From Amoeboaphelidium occidentale (Eukaryota): DNA of 64,000 bases. The position numbers and the translations under genes were made by a program. Positions 20,828 to 33,600 of this stretch are shown in pieces. Numbering within the stretch: position 1 is the stretch's first letter; each line of letters begins with the position of its first letter. The stretch is from positions 124,001 to 188,000 of the forward strand of contig JALGPX010000008.1 of assembly GCA_023515795.1 (NCBI GenBank). Reading direction: 5' to 3'. Below the pieces are notes generated by a model. The model worked only from the letters and a program-made list of their open reading frames with translations, was not told the origin of the DNA and searched no databases.

Positions 20828-21154
20828 ATGTCTGATGCTTTCAAATGGGATGATTTTGTTCATGATATTGGGACCATTATGAAGGATCCTGTTGTCGATA
20901 ACAAGAGTGATCATAAATCGTTGGGCTATGATGGCACACTTCATCAAATCTTCAAGAAACATCTTCAGTATTTCACGGAAATCAATGATCAGGACTTTCC
21001 TTCTCCCATAAGTCTGTTAGAGATTGAAAGAGAAAGGATCTCAATGTTGAAATCCCTTAAATCAGTCGATACAGATGTGATTCTAAAGTCTATCAAGCAA
21101 AAAGCACAGAAAACTGCACAATCCGTCTCACTTGTGGCGATGAGGCAGCAATAA
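20828..21154 (+). CDS. Small hypothetical protein (108 aa)
   Basis: ATG-initiated ORF divergent from YEATS2 with protein-like composition; no family recognised. Confidence 0.55.
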   Translation: MSDAFKWDDFVHDIGTIMKDPVVDNKSDHKSLGYDGTLHQIFKKHLQYFTEINDQDFPSPISLLEIERERISMLKSLKSVDTDVILKSIKQKAQKTAQSVSLVAMRQQ

Positions 21155-21467
21155 AAAGATCATTGAATTAAATGTTTCTTTGGGTTATCGATGATGGTAT
21201 CGGTGTCACGTTGAAAGGTTTAGATCAGGAATAATGGGGTTGGCACACAGCTCAGTTCTGGCTACAGTTCTTGGAGAGCTCAAAGCGCCTCAAAGTTAAT
21301 GCAGTTTATATGGTTTCCTTTTGAGCCCTGTGGCTGCAACAGAACGCTTTCGAATCATAATCATCGCATGATCCTGTTGCTGTAACATGAAACCTTAGAA
21401 ACCATGTGATTGTAATCACAAAAACTACAAGTTACTGTTTTAGCCTTACTTACTTTTCTGCGTAATA

Positions 21468-23383
21468 ATGTTCTTGAGAAAGTTACTTCTTCCTTTTGGT
21501 TGTTTTGGGTCCTCGTGCGTGAATGAAGGAAACACCGAGGTTGGAACTGCTGGCCCTGTACTTCCGGAAGTGGGAGAACAATATAACGGAACTTCTGGTT
21601 ACGAAATACTTCGCGCTGTAGCAAAACAGCAACTTGACTCTACGGTATCTCTTGCAGATGTTCACAATTTGAGAGCTGCGTCAAAGTATATCAATGAAGA
21701 CATAATGGTCGCAAACGAACACAGAAAAGCGAAGGCTCTTTCGCATTTAAGAAACTCGTGTCCATCCGAATTCAGAGAGAAGGCCTTAAGAGAATTGTTC
21801 CAAGAAAGTCCCCGCATTCCTTCATGGCCTCGTGGTGATGTTGTGACGGAGTATTACAAGAAAGAGGTCTCAGTTTTTTTCAACAACACTAACGAAGACC
21901 AAGTTGATCAGTGCCTAGAGAGCGTTGAATTGCTTTGCGCGTATGGCGCTGTGGTAAACTCGAAGTCCCGCTTAAATTTGAAGCTATCAGCTGTCTCCAA
22001 CAACGACTTATTCAAAAGAATCAGCATGCGAAAGCTATTTCTCTATTGCCCTGTGCGGCTAATTGGTTCAAACGATGCCTTTGATGAAATTGGTTCTGCG
22101 GAATTTAACGGAATATCAGAACTCGTACGATCAGCTGAATTCATTTATGCCCGCAACATGCAAACCAACACGATAAACTTCCCCAATGTTATTGATCTTC
22201 ACTTTATTCAACGGTTGGAAAGCGAACATCTAGCCACTTTATTTAGTTCGAAATTCAACTCGACCAAGTTGAAGTATCTGAAGTGGGACGCTGNNNNNNN
22301 NNNNNNNNNNNNNNCACGATAAACTTCCCCAATGTTATTGATCTTCACTTTATTCAACGGTTAGAAAGCGAACATCTAGCCACTTTATTTAGTTCGAAAT
22401 TCAACTCGACCAAGTTGAAGTATCTGAAGTGGGACGCTGGTAATCTCGTTTATCGAGTTAACCCGGCGGTTGCAACGATTACAACTATTTTAGACCAATG
22501 CCACAATTTACAGTACCTTGAAATGAGTAACTTACTCAACGATTGCTACGCTCAGATTTTATCGTCTTTCCCTGTGGGTTTGAAACATCTAGCGATCAAG
22601 GAGCTAGCTTTGGACGATGATTCAAGTAACGCCTTGGATGCATACTTGGCGAGATCTTCTAATTTGGAGAGCTTGGCCATTTCTTACATACGCTACGTTC
22701 AAACGTTTCCATTTTTGCCGCGAAAGCTAAAAAAATTGATTTTAATTCCACTGGGGTATCAAGTAAGGGGATATATTATGCCAAACTTAAAAGGTTTGAC
22801 TGAGCTTCGAGAGTTGGTATCCGGCTACAGTCTAAATTATATGAGTTTCTACCAGAGGATTCCGAGAAGTGTGACTGATTTGCATTTGCGTGTTAGCAGC
22901 GATGGCTCAAAAATACTTCATGATATTATCGGTCAACTAAAAACTCTAACTATAGAGTGCGATATATGGGCTCCAGGCATACATCATTGGATTGAATTCT
23001 TTCAGGACTCTAATGTGAAGACAGCTGGCTTCCGGCATTGCTGGACACCAGACGGATCGTCTCCGAAGGGAATATTGAATATTGAAACATTGCTGCTGGA
23101 AGGCAATAAGTTTTACGATCCTGGCAGGTCATTAATTTCTTTGCTGTCAAGCAAGGCACGACTACCTTACTTGAAGCACGTTTCAATGAAAACTCAAAAT
23201 GATTTCATGGAAGCCGTGATGATTAATAGTACAGTCAATTATTTAAAAGAGTTCCCTTCTTTAAAAAGTCTAGACATCTTTTACTCGAAGCGGGGTCCGT
23301 TCGGCATGGATCAAATATCATTTGACGAAGTGTTGCTCAATCTTCAACCTGCCAGAAACGACATCATTATAATTGGACATTAA
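21468..23383 (+). CDS. F-box-like/leucine-rich-repeat protein, split by an assembly gap and duplication
   Basis: LxxLxL repeats (LKYLKW, LQYLEM, LKHLAI, LESLAI, LKSLDI) and F-box-like YEILRAV..L...L..V.NL.AASK. Removing one duplicate copy joins the two ORFs. Confidence 0.65.
22169..22439. repeat. Gap-flanking duplication (about 125 bp, 22169-22293 and 22315-22439); probable assembly artefact
   Basis: Near-identical copies on either side of an N-run, with one TTG/TTA difference. Confidence 0.85.
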
Positions 23384-23486
23384 TGGGATCGAATAGACTC
23401 ACAACTCTTAATTACTTCTTGTTTCAGCGTACTATATCAAAACCGCACAGTGAGTTAACCACTATGTTTCAGCTTGATAGCATTAT

Positions 23487-25627
23487 TTATTGAATTCTGT
23501 CCAATAGGGATGGAACAAGTTTACCTTCAAATGACTTTAGTAGCAGCTTCGCCTTCTCTGCGACTGCTGGTCCTGTAAAGCCAAACTTCTTGTAAACGTC
23601 CTATGGAAGAGTTAATTTCAAATAATAGAGATGAAATACCTTGTAAGGCCCACTGGCTCCAAATGTATTCAAACCAACGGAATAATGAGCATATCTATCC
23701 CAGCCATATGAGGACATCGCTTCAACGCTCAAAACTGGAACACCAGAAAGGAACACAGATTTTTGATATGCAGCAGGTTGCTCTGCGAATACCTCCCAGC
23801 ACGGCAATGACACCAGACGAACCTTGAGTCCTTCTGCGGACAAAATTCTTGCAGCCTCGAGACAAATGCTGACTTCAGATCCAGTACCAGTTAAAATAAT
23901 ATCTGGCTTGTCGCCTCCCATATCTTGCAAAACATATCCACCCTTTGATGCTTTCTCAATAGTGCTTCCCTCTAGATGAGGCAAGTTCTGTCTACTCAAA
24001 CAGAGCACAGACGGAGTATGCAATGATTCAATTGCTCTCAAATAAGCAGCACTAACTTCATTTCCATCAGCAGGTCTAAATACCATTAGATTAGGAGTGC
24101 TTCTGAGCAAAGCAAGAATTTCAACAGGTTGATGCGTTGGACCATCTTCGCCTAAACCAATGGAATCGTGAGTCATGATGTATAATGCTCTAAAGTGCGA
24201 TAATGCAGTCAATCTAACTGCACCTTGTGCATATCCAATGAAATTCAAAAATGTAGCACCAAAAGGAATCAAAGCTCCATAAGCAGCAAGACCATTGCAG
24301 ATAGCAGCCATACCGTGTTCTCTGACACCAAAACGGAAGTACCGACCACTGTAGTTTCCAATTGATGAAGAATCCTTTTGGAAATCAACTGCAGTCTTCC
24401 AACGTGTGAAGTTTGAATGGGTCAGATCAGCACTACCACCAACCAACTCAGGCAAGGATTCAGCAATTGCATTCAAAACATTCTCAGACAACTTTCTTGT
24501 TGCAATGGCAGGATCGCTTGGAGTGTATCGAGGCAAATTATCCTTCCAGTTCGTAGGCAAGGTATCGCTGATTCTTCTCTGCAATTCAGCAGCCAATTGA
24601 GGAAATTGCTGAGAGTACTTCTGGAACAATGCAACCCATTCAGCCTCCTGTTGTTGGCCTCTGACCTTGTAGGAAGTGTACAACTTTGCAACTTCCTCAG
24701 GAACAAAGAAAGTACGGTCAGGATCAAAACCCAACTTCTTCTTAACTTGAGCAACATCATCAGCAGATAATGGACTTCCGTGAACCTTCTCAGTTCCCTG
24801 CAATTTGGAACCGTAACCAATAGTTGTCTTAATCTTGATGATGGAAGGCTTATCCTTAACGCTTTTAGCTTTCTCAACAGCCTCAAAGATTGCCTCCAAG
24901 TTCGAGTCTCCGTCTTTTATGTATTGAGTGTGCCACCCATAAGCTTCAAACCTCTTCAAAACATCTTCAGTGAACGCCAAATTAGTTGAACCGTCAATCT
25001 GAATGTCGTTATCATCGTACAAGACAATCAAATTCCCTAAGCCCCAGTGACCTGCCAGAGAGCACGCCTCAGAAGCCACACCCTCCTGCAAACAACCGTC
25101 ACCAGCAATGCAAAACACATAATTGTCAACAACACTGAACCCAGGCCTATTGAAAACAGAGCGTAAATGCTGTTCTGCAGCAGCTAAACCAACAGCATTA
25201 GCGATACCTTGACCCAGTGGCCCAGTCGTAACTTCAATGCCATCAGTCAAATGAACTTCAGGATGACCAGGCGTCAAGGAGTCTAACTGACGGAACGCCT
25301 GTAAATCACTCAAACTGACTTTGTAACCCAACAAATGCAGCAAAGTGTACTGAAGAGCGCAACCATGCCCGTTACTTAGAACGAAGCGGTCCCTGTTAAA
25401 CTACCATAAGAAAGTTTTAGTAACTTGTCCTATAGGATAAAATGCGAGAATGTTACCCATTTAGAATTGGAAGGATTGAACTTCATACAACGGGAGAACA
25501 GTACGTGAGCCATTGGAGCGCATCCCATTGGAGCCCCAGGGTGCCCAGAGTTCGCTTTCTGCACCGTGTCCAGAGATAAACAGCGAATGGTGTTGATTGC
25601 CAACTTGTCTAAATCACCAAATGTCAT
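23487..25627 (-). CDS. TKL1: Transketolase; introns 25401-25456 and 23601-23639
   Basis: NSGHPGAPMG, WFNRDRFVLSNGH, TPGHPE, GDGCLQEG and THDSIGLGEDGPTHQP. Confidence 0.97.
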
Positions 25628-25669
25628 TGAAATGATGAAGAAAATGACTTCATCCAAATTTATTATGAT

Positions 25670-26245
25670 TTACAACTTCAATTGAACATCCAAACAAGAT
25701 ACCTGACGACCATCTTGGTTGTTGATCTTGATATTGACCTTGTAATTGCCCTACATCATTTAGGATATTATGCACCTTCAATAAACTAAAAAAGTACCTT
25801 TGGAATTTGACCAGGTAGAGTAATTTCCTGTTCAATATCAAAGTCACCAGGCTGGACAGGACATTTTGAAGGTGCGTCCGGTAATTTGGCGACTTCATCA
25901 CAAATCGAAACTGGTGGGACTCTGATTGGCTAAAACATCAAATTAGGAGCAGCCATAATTACTTACCAATGCTCCCCATTTAACCTGCAACAACGCGATA
26001 GTTCCATAGTCGATAGTTGCCTTCAATTTACCGACAAAGTGGACCTTGAAAGGGACACCGCGTTGTGGCTGAGGGGCGAATGTTAATGATGAGATTTCCA
26101 TTGCATCTTCTGCAGTACCACAATTAGACCCTAATCAGATTAACACAAGAGGAGAATATATCATAATAATACATTGCAAATCAGCAAAGGCAAAAGGCAA
26201 TAAAGCCAATAGAACAATGAGTGAGCTGGATAATGGGAATTTCAT
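25670..26245 (-). CDS. NPC2: ML-domain (NPC2/PG-PI transfer) lipid-binding protein; introns 26131-26172, 25930-25966, 25751-25797
   Basis: Reconstructed: signal peptide MKFPLSSSLIVLLALLPFAFA, then WSNCG, ICD...CPVQPG, LPGQIPKGNY, and the end VSCLDVQLKL*. Absent from the ORF track. Confidence 0.85.
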
Positions 26246-26498
26246 AATGACGACAAACGGCTGCGGCGATGTTTTGGGAAAAAGTAAAAAACTGGCCGAT
26301 CACAAAAGCAAGCGAGGCGAGCACAAAACCCCCCAAAGCGCCAGCGTCCTAAAGACTCTCANNNNNNNNNNNNNNNNNNNNNAATGACGACAAACGGCTG
26401 CGGCGATGTTTTGGGAAAAAGCAAAAAACTGGCCGATCACAAAAGCAAGCGAGGCGAGCACAAAACCCCCCAAAGCGCCAGCGTCCTAAAGACTCTCA
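26246..26498. repeat. Gap-flanking duplication (about 116 bp); probable assembly artefact
   Basis: Copies 26246-26361 and 26383-26498 around an N-run, with one SNP. Confidence 0.85.
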
Positions 26499-26582
26499 AC
26501 AAACTTAACTTTCCACTATCCTCCGCTTAAATAGAAATCCATCGGAACAGCTCTCAGCTTTAAATTTTTTGCTTTTATTATT

Positions 26583-26887
26583 TCATTTGGCTTGGATCGC
26601 TTCGTATAATTTGTCCCATTTGTCCCGCCTCTCTTTACGATCAATTAAATACTGTAGCCTTTTAACGTATTCTACTTCCTGTTTCTCTTTCCATGAAGCA
26701 AAAGAGTATCCCACAGCAGACCACGCTGAGATCCACAGGGCAGTTTTTAATAATCCTTTTAATCAGAGTTATTAATCCACAGTTATGAATTACCATCTGA
26801 TAGAGGCTTTCCAGATACTCCCAAAGCCAATAATCGTGACGCTGTTCCTGCAACTGCAAAAGCTGAAATTGTAGTCAGATATCCCAT
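26583..26887 (-). CDS. Small two-TM protein resembling complex I accessory subunit NDUFC2 (fungal 14 kDa type); intron 26756-26793
   Basis: Spliced: MGYLTTISAFAVAGTASRLLALGVSGKPLSDGLLKTALWISAWSAVGYSFASWKEKQEVEYVKRLQYLIDRKERRDKWDKLYEAIQAK*. Confidence 0.62.
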
Positions 26888-26983
26888 CCTCTGTAAATTT
26901 GTTAAAGCGAACAAAGAAAAAAGCACGGCTTACAGGATTTCTTTTTGATTTTCTGACGATATCCTTAAAAGAACTAAAGAAAG

Positions 26984-27293
26984 ATGGATTTCTCTCAGCT
27001 GAACGAAGATGATCGCAATAGAATGATGCAATTCCTGGAACAGAAACAGGCAAAAGACGCTGTGCAGACGTATATGAATCTTGTGGAGAAGTGTTTTGGT
27101 GATTGCATTGATGATTTCACTTCGAGGGCCATGAGCAGCAAAGAGGTATAAATCTTAAACTTGTAATTTATAAATCTATTTATAGACGACGTGTATTGAT
27201 AAATGCGCTGATAAATTCTTGAAATTCAGTTCGCGCTTGGGCTTGCGATTTAACGAGGAAATGCAAAAGTTACAACAACAGCAGCAGCAGTAA
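26984..27293 (+). CDS. TIM9: Mitochondrial intermembrane-space chaperone Tim9; intron 27146-27185
   Basis: Spliced twin CX3C: [38 protein letters not shown]; poly-Q tail. Confidence 0.93.
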
Positions 27294-27313
27294 TAACAGA
27301 AAATAAAACAGTT

Positions 27314-27840
27314 TTATTCCTTCCAGCTCTTCTCTACAATTGTTCGAACCCTTTTGACGTATTCCTGTCTGCTCTCCTGATACAATTGTGCTGCTTCTGC
27401 GTTTGCGGGTGAATTAGGGTTAGGGTCATGTAACAGTGACTGAATGGAAGTCAGTACAGCTGATACGTCATAAGTTGGTGACCATCTGTTCTGCAGAATG
27501 TCCAGGCAAAGTTTACCATCAGCGTAGACTAAACTCAAAACAGGTTGATTAGTAACTGTTCCATTTCAATGTGTGCTAAAAATAGATGAGTTCACGTACC
27601 ATTTGGGTGGAACATTTCACTAATGAACCGGACCTGTGGTGGCTTATTAGGGTAAGATTCATCAAACTCCAGAATTAATTTGAACATTCCATCCTCAAAC
27701 GGTGTCTCTGCTGGTCCAAATATCACTGCATTCCAAATCATAATGTTATCGGTACAGGGCGCTCCAGAGATTCCGCCGGGTGGGTCCTTCTGAAGGCGTT
27801 TAAAGTCCCGCATGAGTCTTCGTTTTGCGGGTGTCGACAT
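27314..27840 (-). CDS. RAD6: E2 ubiquitin-conjugating enzyme Rad6/UBC2; intron 27529-27599
   Basis: [17 protein letters not shown]; spliced [26 protein letters not shown]. Confidence 0.97.
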
Positions 27841-27866
27841 TTCTTGAAAGAGATTGGAACTTTCAG

Positions 27867-30230
27867 ATGTCTGTTCTGGAAAAGTATGCGCACATTTTGA
27901 ATTCTGCTGAGGAGGCCCCTGATTTTGGTGCTGTAGCTACGACTACGAATGCTGACGATGATGTCGAAATGGAGGATCGTAATGGTGCAGCGGATGAAAT
28001 GGAGACAGATGCGCCTGCGCTAACAAGAGCCTCATTAACATTTGATAAGCCTATCGAAATTTCAGTTAATTTGGGACAGATTGCGGTCGATGAAGATGGT
28101 GCCAATGCTGTTAGGGAGACTCGGAATAGTGGAAATGGTTCAAAGAAGGGCGCAGGTAAAGCGAAACTTGAAAGTGATTCGTTTGCGACTGTCATTGTGG
28201 ACGCCTATGAAGAGTTTCAAAAGCAGCTGAACAAAAAATCACAAACCAATAAGGAACAGCCGGATGAAAAGTCTAAAGCGACGGGTAAAACGTCCAAGGC
28301 AACTGGGAAGAAGTCACGCTTTGCTGGTAAAGTTTCTTATCAAGAAGACGACTATGACATTGATGATCCCTTTATCGATGATGAGGATGATTATGCAATT
28401 GAACAGATTATTCTGAGGCCAAAGATCAACGGGTACTTTGTATGGAAAGGTGCCGTGCCTTCTGTAGAAGTTACTAATGAGCAGCTTCAGGAAATGTACG
28501 ATGCTGTTTCGTCTGCTGCTGAAGAACAGGAAAAGGAAGAATTGGAGAAACAAGATACTCTTCCATTAGCTGCAAAAGATGCTGCTGCTATGGTAACGGC
28601 TGCAGTTGATGCTGATGCTTCTGTTGGGGTTGTTGAAGGTAATGCGAACAACAAGAAGAGACAAATTAGTGAATTGGAAGTTCCTACTAGTCAAACTACT
28701 GCAGCGTTTAATGACGATGTAATTGTTCCTGACAAAGATCCTGCTGCAGCTAGAAAGAAGATTCAGGAAATATTTGGTTCCGTCAAAAAGAAGCAGAAGA
28801 AGAGCGTAAATAATGGCAACAAGGTTAACTCCATGGATGATTTTGACATGTCTAAATCACCGTTTCCTGATAAAATTGCTCCTTCTTCTATTGAAGATAC
28901 AGGAACAATTAAGAAGCCTACTTTTGTTTCATCTTCAGTTCCTGTTAGTGCAAGTGCTACTGCAGCAAGTAATGATGAAGCAGCGTCAGGACAGAAAGAA
29001 AATCAAGACGTTAAAGCAAAAATCAAGAGACCAAGAAAGCCTCCACCTCCGTTACCGGAAAACGTACAAAAGTCTATGGATAAATTCAAAGCAAAGTGCA
29101 AAGAATTAGAATTCACAAAAGGAAAATTGCCACACGCTCTTGTGGATCCATTGAAAGAAGTTACAAAAACAGCTATAGAACAGTTTGGTGGAAGATGGGA
29201 AACTTTGAACGCTGAAGATAATAAGCACTTCTGGGCACACTTGAAAGACATTCTGCCTTATCAAATATCAGCACTGAAAAAGCTTGTTGATCGCCTAATT
29301 TTGCCGCAAGAAATGAATAATTTAGAGACTGACTTGGATGGTTTCTATATTGCTGCTCAGGCTGAAGTTAAAGTCTGTTTGGAATTGAGCGAGAAGAGTC
29401 ACGTGCAGAAGTTAGAGAAATGGAAAAGTGAGAATCCTGATGCTATTCTGGACGAAGATGGAGTATGGAAAGTGCCTTTACCAGGAGTTCCAGAAGATTT
29501 GATTTTAACTGGGAAACTTCCAGCAACTTTTATTTCACCAGACGTCATTGATTTAACTGATGGTCTTCCCTCTAGTCTGCAGCAAGATTCTTCGAACTCC
29601 AAACAAGAAAAACCGAAGGAAAATAAGGCACCTGTAAAGAAATTGACATGGTCAACAGAATTAAGGATGCTAGTTTACAAGATTATTCAAGCTGAAACTC
29701 AGTTGATGATTATAAAGAAGAGAATCAAAGAAATCATAGGAGACAACACTTTGAAGAAACCTCCTTCTTCAGTTGAGAACACGCCTTTAGGAGATGTCAA
29801 AATTGTACCACTCAATGTTATTCTGCCACCTGATCACTCACTGTCAGAACACGCACTTCGAAGGCAAATGTATCATCATATTTACATGAAGCTGTTTGTG
29901 CCACTTGGTGCTGATAACTACTTGAATACATCTGAAATTGGAAGACAATATAACACTATACGAAGCAAAGAGGTAATGTTTTCATGATGTAAATCTTATT
30001 TTTAGGGAGGAAGTTCTTTCACAGAAGCTGCAAAGAAGTCAACTCCAGAAAAAGACAAGAAAGAAAAGAAGCCTAAACAAAAGAAGGACTCAACCACAAC
30101 AGGAGACAATCCAACTACTGGCTCAAACTTAGACCAGAAAAATGGAAAGCCTCCTCCATTCCCTACTGTTTTACCACCGGTTCTTCCCCCAGATGCTTTT
30201 GGCATGAGCTCCACTAGCAAGAAGAACTGA
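27867..30230 (+). CDS. HPC2: Ubinuclein/Hpc2 (HIRA complex subunit); intron 29973-30005
   Basis: HRD motif [12 protein letters not shown]...GYFVWKG; helical middle region (HLKDILPY); terminal exon is in frame. Confidence 0.78.
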
Positions 30231-30694
30231 GCTGCATTTTGGAGAATAAATGACTCGTTGATTGCTAATTTGGATTCTTTTGATCTCCAAAGGGTCAACG
30301 TGTGACAAGTGGAGAATCTCGCGACCGTTTCAACAATAAAAGGCTGCAGCATCCCACAAATCTATGCATGATAGCTACTATTAATGCATTTTTGATCATA
30401 TTGAGCAATCGCAGGTTCAGTTCTTTCGACTTATGAGACCTGATACATCAATCGTCTATCCATTTGAACCTTGAGAAAAGTAAACCTAGCAACCATCCCA
30501 ACTTAAAAATAGCCTTCCCGTATGGCTCCGTATACACCTACTATCGACCCCACAGCCTTAAGTACCATCCTGTAGAAGAATTTTACTGGCTGTCAATTTT
30601 GATGCGAGGGTTTACGTCATCTGTATCGATCTTCCGTGTCGGTTCGATGCGATCGTGCTGCAAACTTTTTCAAACTCTTTTCTCCGTTGTGAAA

Positions 30695-33600
30695 ATGGCT
30701 GAAGTTCTTGAAAAAGAAGGTCCCAAGGAAATAGCTAAAGCCGTTGCTGATGCAAAGAATGTTAAAGAACAGTTGAAACAAGACAAGATGGTTTCAATTA
30801 GAGAGCTGTTCAGGTTCGCTGATTCTACTGATGTGTTCCTGATGACGTTGGGTACTATCGCTGCTCTTGGTTTTGGGGTTATGCAGCCTCTGCTTTCAGT
30901 CATCATGGGTGACATTGTCAATGCCTTCCTTGATTATGGAAAGATCGTGATTCCCATGGAAAATGGTCTGATCCCATTTGATGCTGTGGTCCTTGATCAA
31001 GCCAAGAAGTCGATCGAAGAAAAGGTTCTGCAGAATGTTTACCTTTTTGTGGGAATCGGAGGTGCTGCATTCGTTGGTGCTTATCTGATGCAAAGTTCCT
31101 GGTTGATGGCTGGTGAAAGAATCTCCCACAGAGTAAGAGAAAAGTTCTTGAGATCGGTGCTTCGTCAAGACGTTGAATTCTTTGATAAGAATGAAGTTGG
31201 TGGGCTAACAACTAAACTGTCAAGTGATACCACTGTGTTCCAGGAAGGTATCTCTTCAAAGTGTGGTTTGGCGATCAGCTCAATCTCAATGTTCTTCACT
31301 GGGTTTATCATTGCTTTTGTGAAAGATTGGCGTTTGACATTGGTTCTTATTGCTGTGACTCCATTACTTGGTATTGGTGGTTACGTTGTTGGTACAGTGA
31401 TTGCGAATGAGACATCCAACTCTCAAGAACATTTCGCAAGTGCTAGCAGCATAGCTCAAGAAACCTTTTCGAACATCAGAACAGTCACAGCATTTAGAGG
31501 ACAGAAGAAAGCTTTGAAAAGGTTCTCTAAGTTTGCTGATGAAGCCAGAATTGTTAATGAAAAGAAGTTTTGGAAGATGGGTGCCGGATTCGGATACTTC
31601 TTTGGTTTATTGTACGGCGTGTACGCATTGGCCTTTTGGTATGGTTCTATACTTGTTGACCAGGGTCAAACATCTGGTGGCACTATTCTCAATGTTATTT
31701 TTGCGATTATCATTGGTGCCTTCTCCATCGTTAACATGGCTCCAGCGATTCAAAACATTAACAAGGCTCGTGGTGTTGCCAAGGGCTTGTTCGAAGTCAT
31801 TGACTCTGAGCCAGTTATCAGAAACGATTTAAATAATCCTGGAAAGAAGTTGGAGAAAATTGAGGGCTCCATTGAGTTCAATAATGTTACCTTTCGGTAT
31901 CCGACTAGACCTGATGTCCCAATTCTAGAGAACTTCAGTCTTAAAATTGAACCAGGAAAAACAGTTGCGTTGGTCGGGTTCAGCGGTTCCGGAAAGAGTA
32001 CAATCATCCAACTTCTCGAGAGATTTTATGACCCGATTAGTGGCCAGATTCTAGTCGAAGGAGTTCCATTGAAAGATGTTGATCTTAATGACTTCAGGAA
32101 TCATGTAGGTTTAGTATCTCAAGAGCCTATTCTTTTCGACACGACTATCGAAGAGAATATTAGATATGGCGCTCCTCAGGGCACAGAAGTTACCGAAAAG
32201 CGTATTAATGAAGTCCTGAATTTGGCAAACGCTTCTTCTTTTGTTAACAAGTTGTCACAAGGTATAAAGACAAGAGTTGGAGAGAAAGGAAGTTTGCTGA
32301 GTGGTGGTCAAAAACAAAGAATTGCAATTGCTAGAGCCATCGTCAAGAATCCTTCAATTTTACTTCTCGACGAGGCAACCAGTGCGCTTGATACAGAAAG
32401 TGAAAGAATTGTTCAAAATGCTTTGGATGAAGCATCAAAGAACAGAACAACAATCGTTATTGCTCATCGTCTTTCTACTATTAAGAATGCAGACAAGATT
32501 GTCGTAATGGAGAGCGGAAAGATTATCGAGGAAGGAACTCATGAATCTTTGATGGCTAAAGGCGGACACTATTCAGAACTCGTTCGAGTTCAGCAATTGA
32601 AAACAACGAAAGGCAATGGTGCGTTCGAAGAGAAGATTGTAGAAAAAGTCAAAGAAGCTGTCGTTGAAGATGCTGTCGCTATCAACGTTCCTGAGAAAGA
32701 ATTAAAAGAAGGAGAAGAAAAAGAACTGACTGACGAAGAAAAAGAAAGAATAAGGTTGCAAGAAGTTGTAAAGAAGAACAAAACTCCACTTCTCAGAGTT
32801 TTGAAGATGCAGTCAAGGGAATATTGGGCATTAATAATTGGAATTATTGGTGCAGGAGGTAGCGGTGCCTTGCTTCCAATCTTTGGTGTGATTTTTGGTC
32901 AAATTCTTGCTGTTTTTAGCAAGACTGGTCAAGAATTGCTGGATGGTGCTGCTTACTGGGCTTTAGTGTTCATGGGGATGATGTTTGCTAATTTCTTTAC
33001 CAATTTGATGCAGTTTGGTGGATTTGGTGTTGCTGGTGAAAGGTTGACTTTGAGAATCAGAGAGTCATACTTTTGGGCAATGATGAGACAGGAGATAACA
33101 TTTTTCGATGACAAGCTTAATGGAACTGGTGCTTTGACTTCTCGTTTAGCTGTTGATTCAGAAAGAATCAATAATTTAACAGGTCCTATCTCAGGTACAA
33201 TTCTTCAGTTGGTCGTCAGCTTGGGTGTTTCATTGGGTTTGGCGTTCTACTACAGTTGGGAGATGACTTTGGTTGTTATTGGAATGATTCCTATCTTGGG
33301 TATTATGTCTTACTTTGAAAACATGGCTACTTTTGGAACTCCTGAAGAAAAAGAGAGAACTCAAAAGTCAAACGCTCTTTCCGCTCAAACTGCCTGTGAT
33401 GCTATTCAGAACATTCGAACGGTGAAGAGCTTTAACGCTGAGGATATTTTCACTAACCAATATTTGGATAATATTGCAGTTACCTATAAGAGCGGCATAA
33501 AGAAGTCTTACGTTGCAACAATTGGTTTTGGTTTGTCGCAAGCCACCCAATTCTGGGTTTACGCTATTGCGTTCTACGCTGGCTACAGATTCGTGTTTGA

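Noticed and set aside
21405..21420. Palindrome TGTGATT-GT-AATCACA upstream of the LRR gene
   Set aside because: 7-bp arms are expected by chance in 64 kb of AT-rich DNA, and I saw no second copy.
27273..27290. CAA/CAG microsatellite (also 53871-53891)
   Set aside because: Ordinary poly-Gln coding tracts in TIM9 and NF-YC.
27825..27866. Apparent 5' coding overlap of RAD6 and HPC2, and similar N-terminal extensions at 30464, 44287, 10299 and 55363
   Set aside because: Most of these ORF-track starts are non-ATG codons, and the extensions are non-conserved or run into neighbouring genes. Downstream ATGs give sensible proteins.
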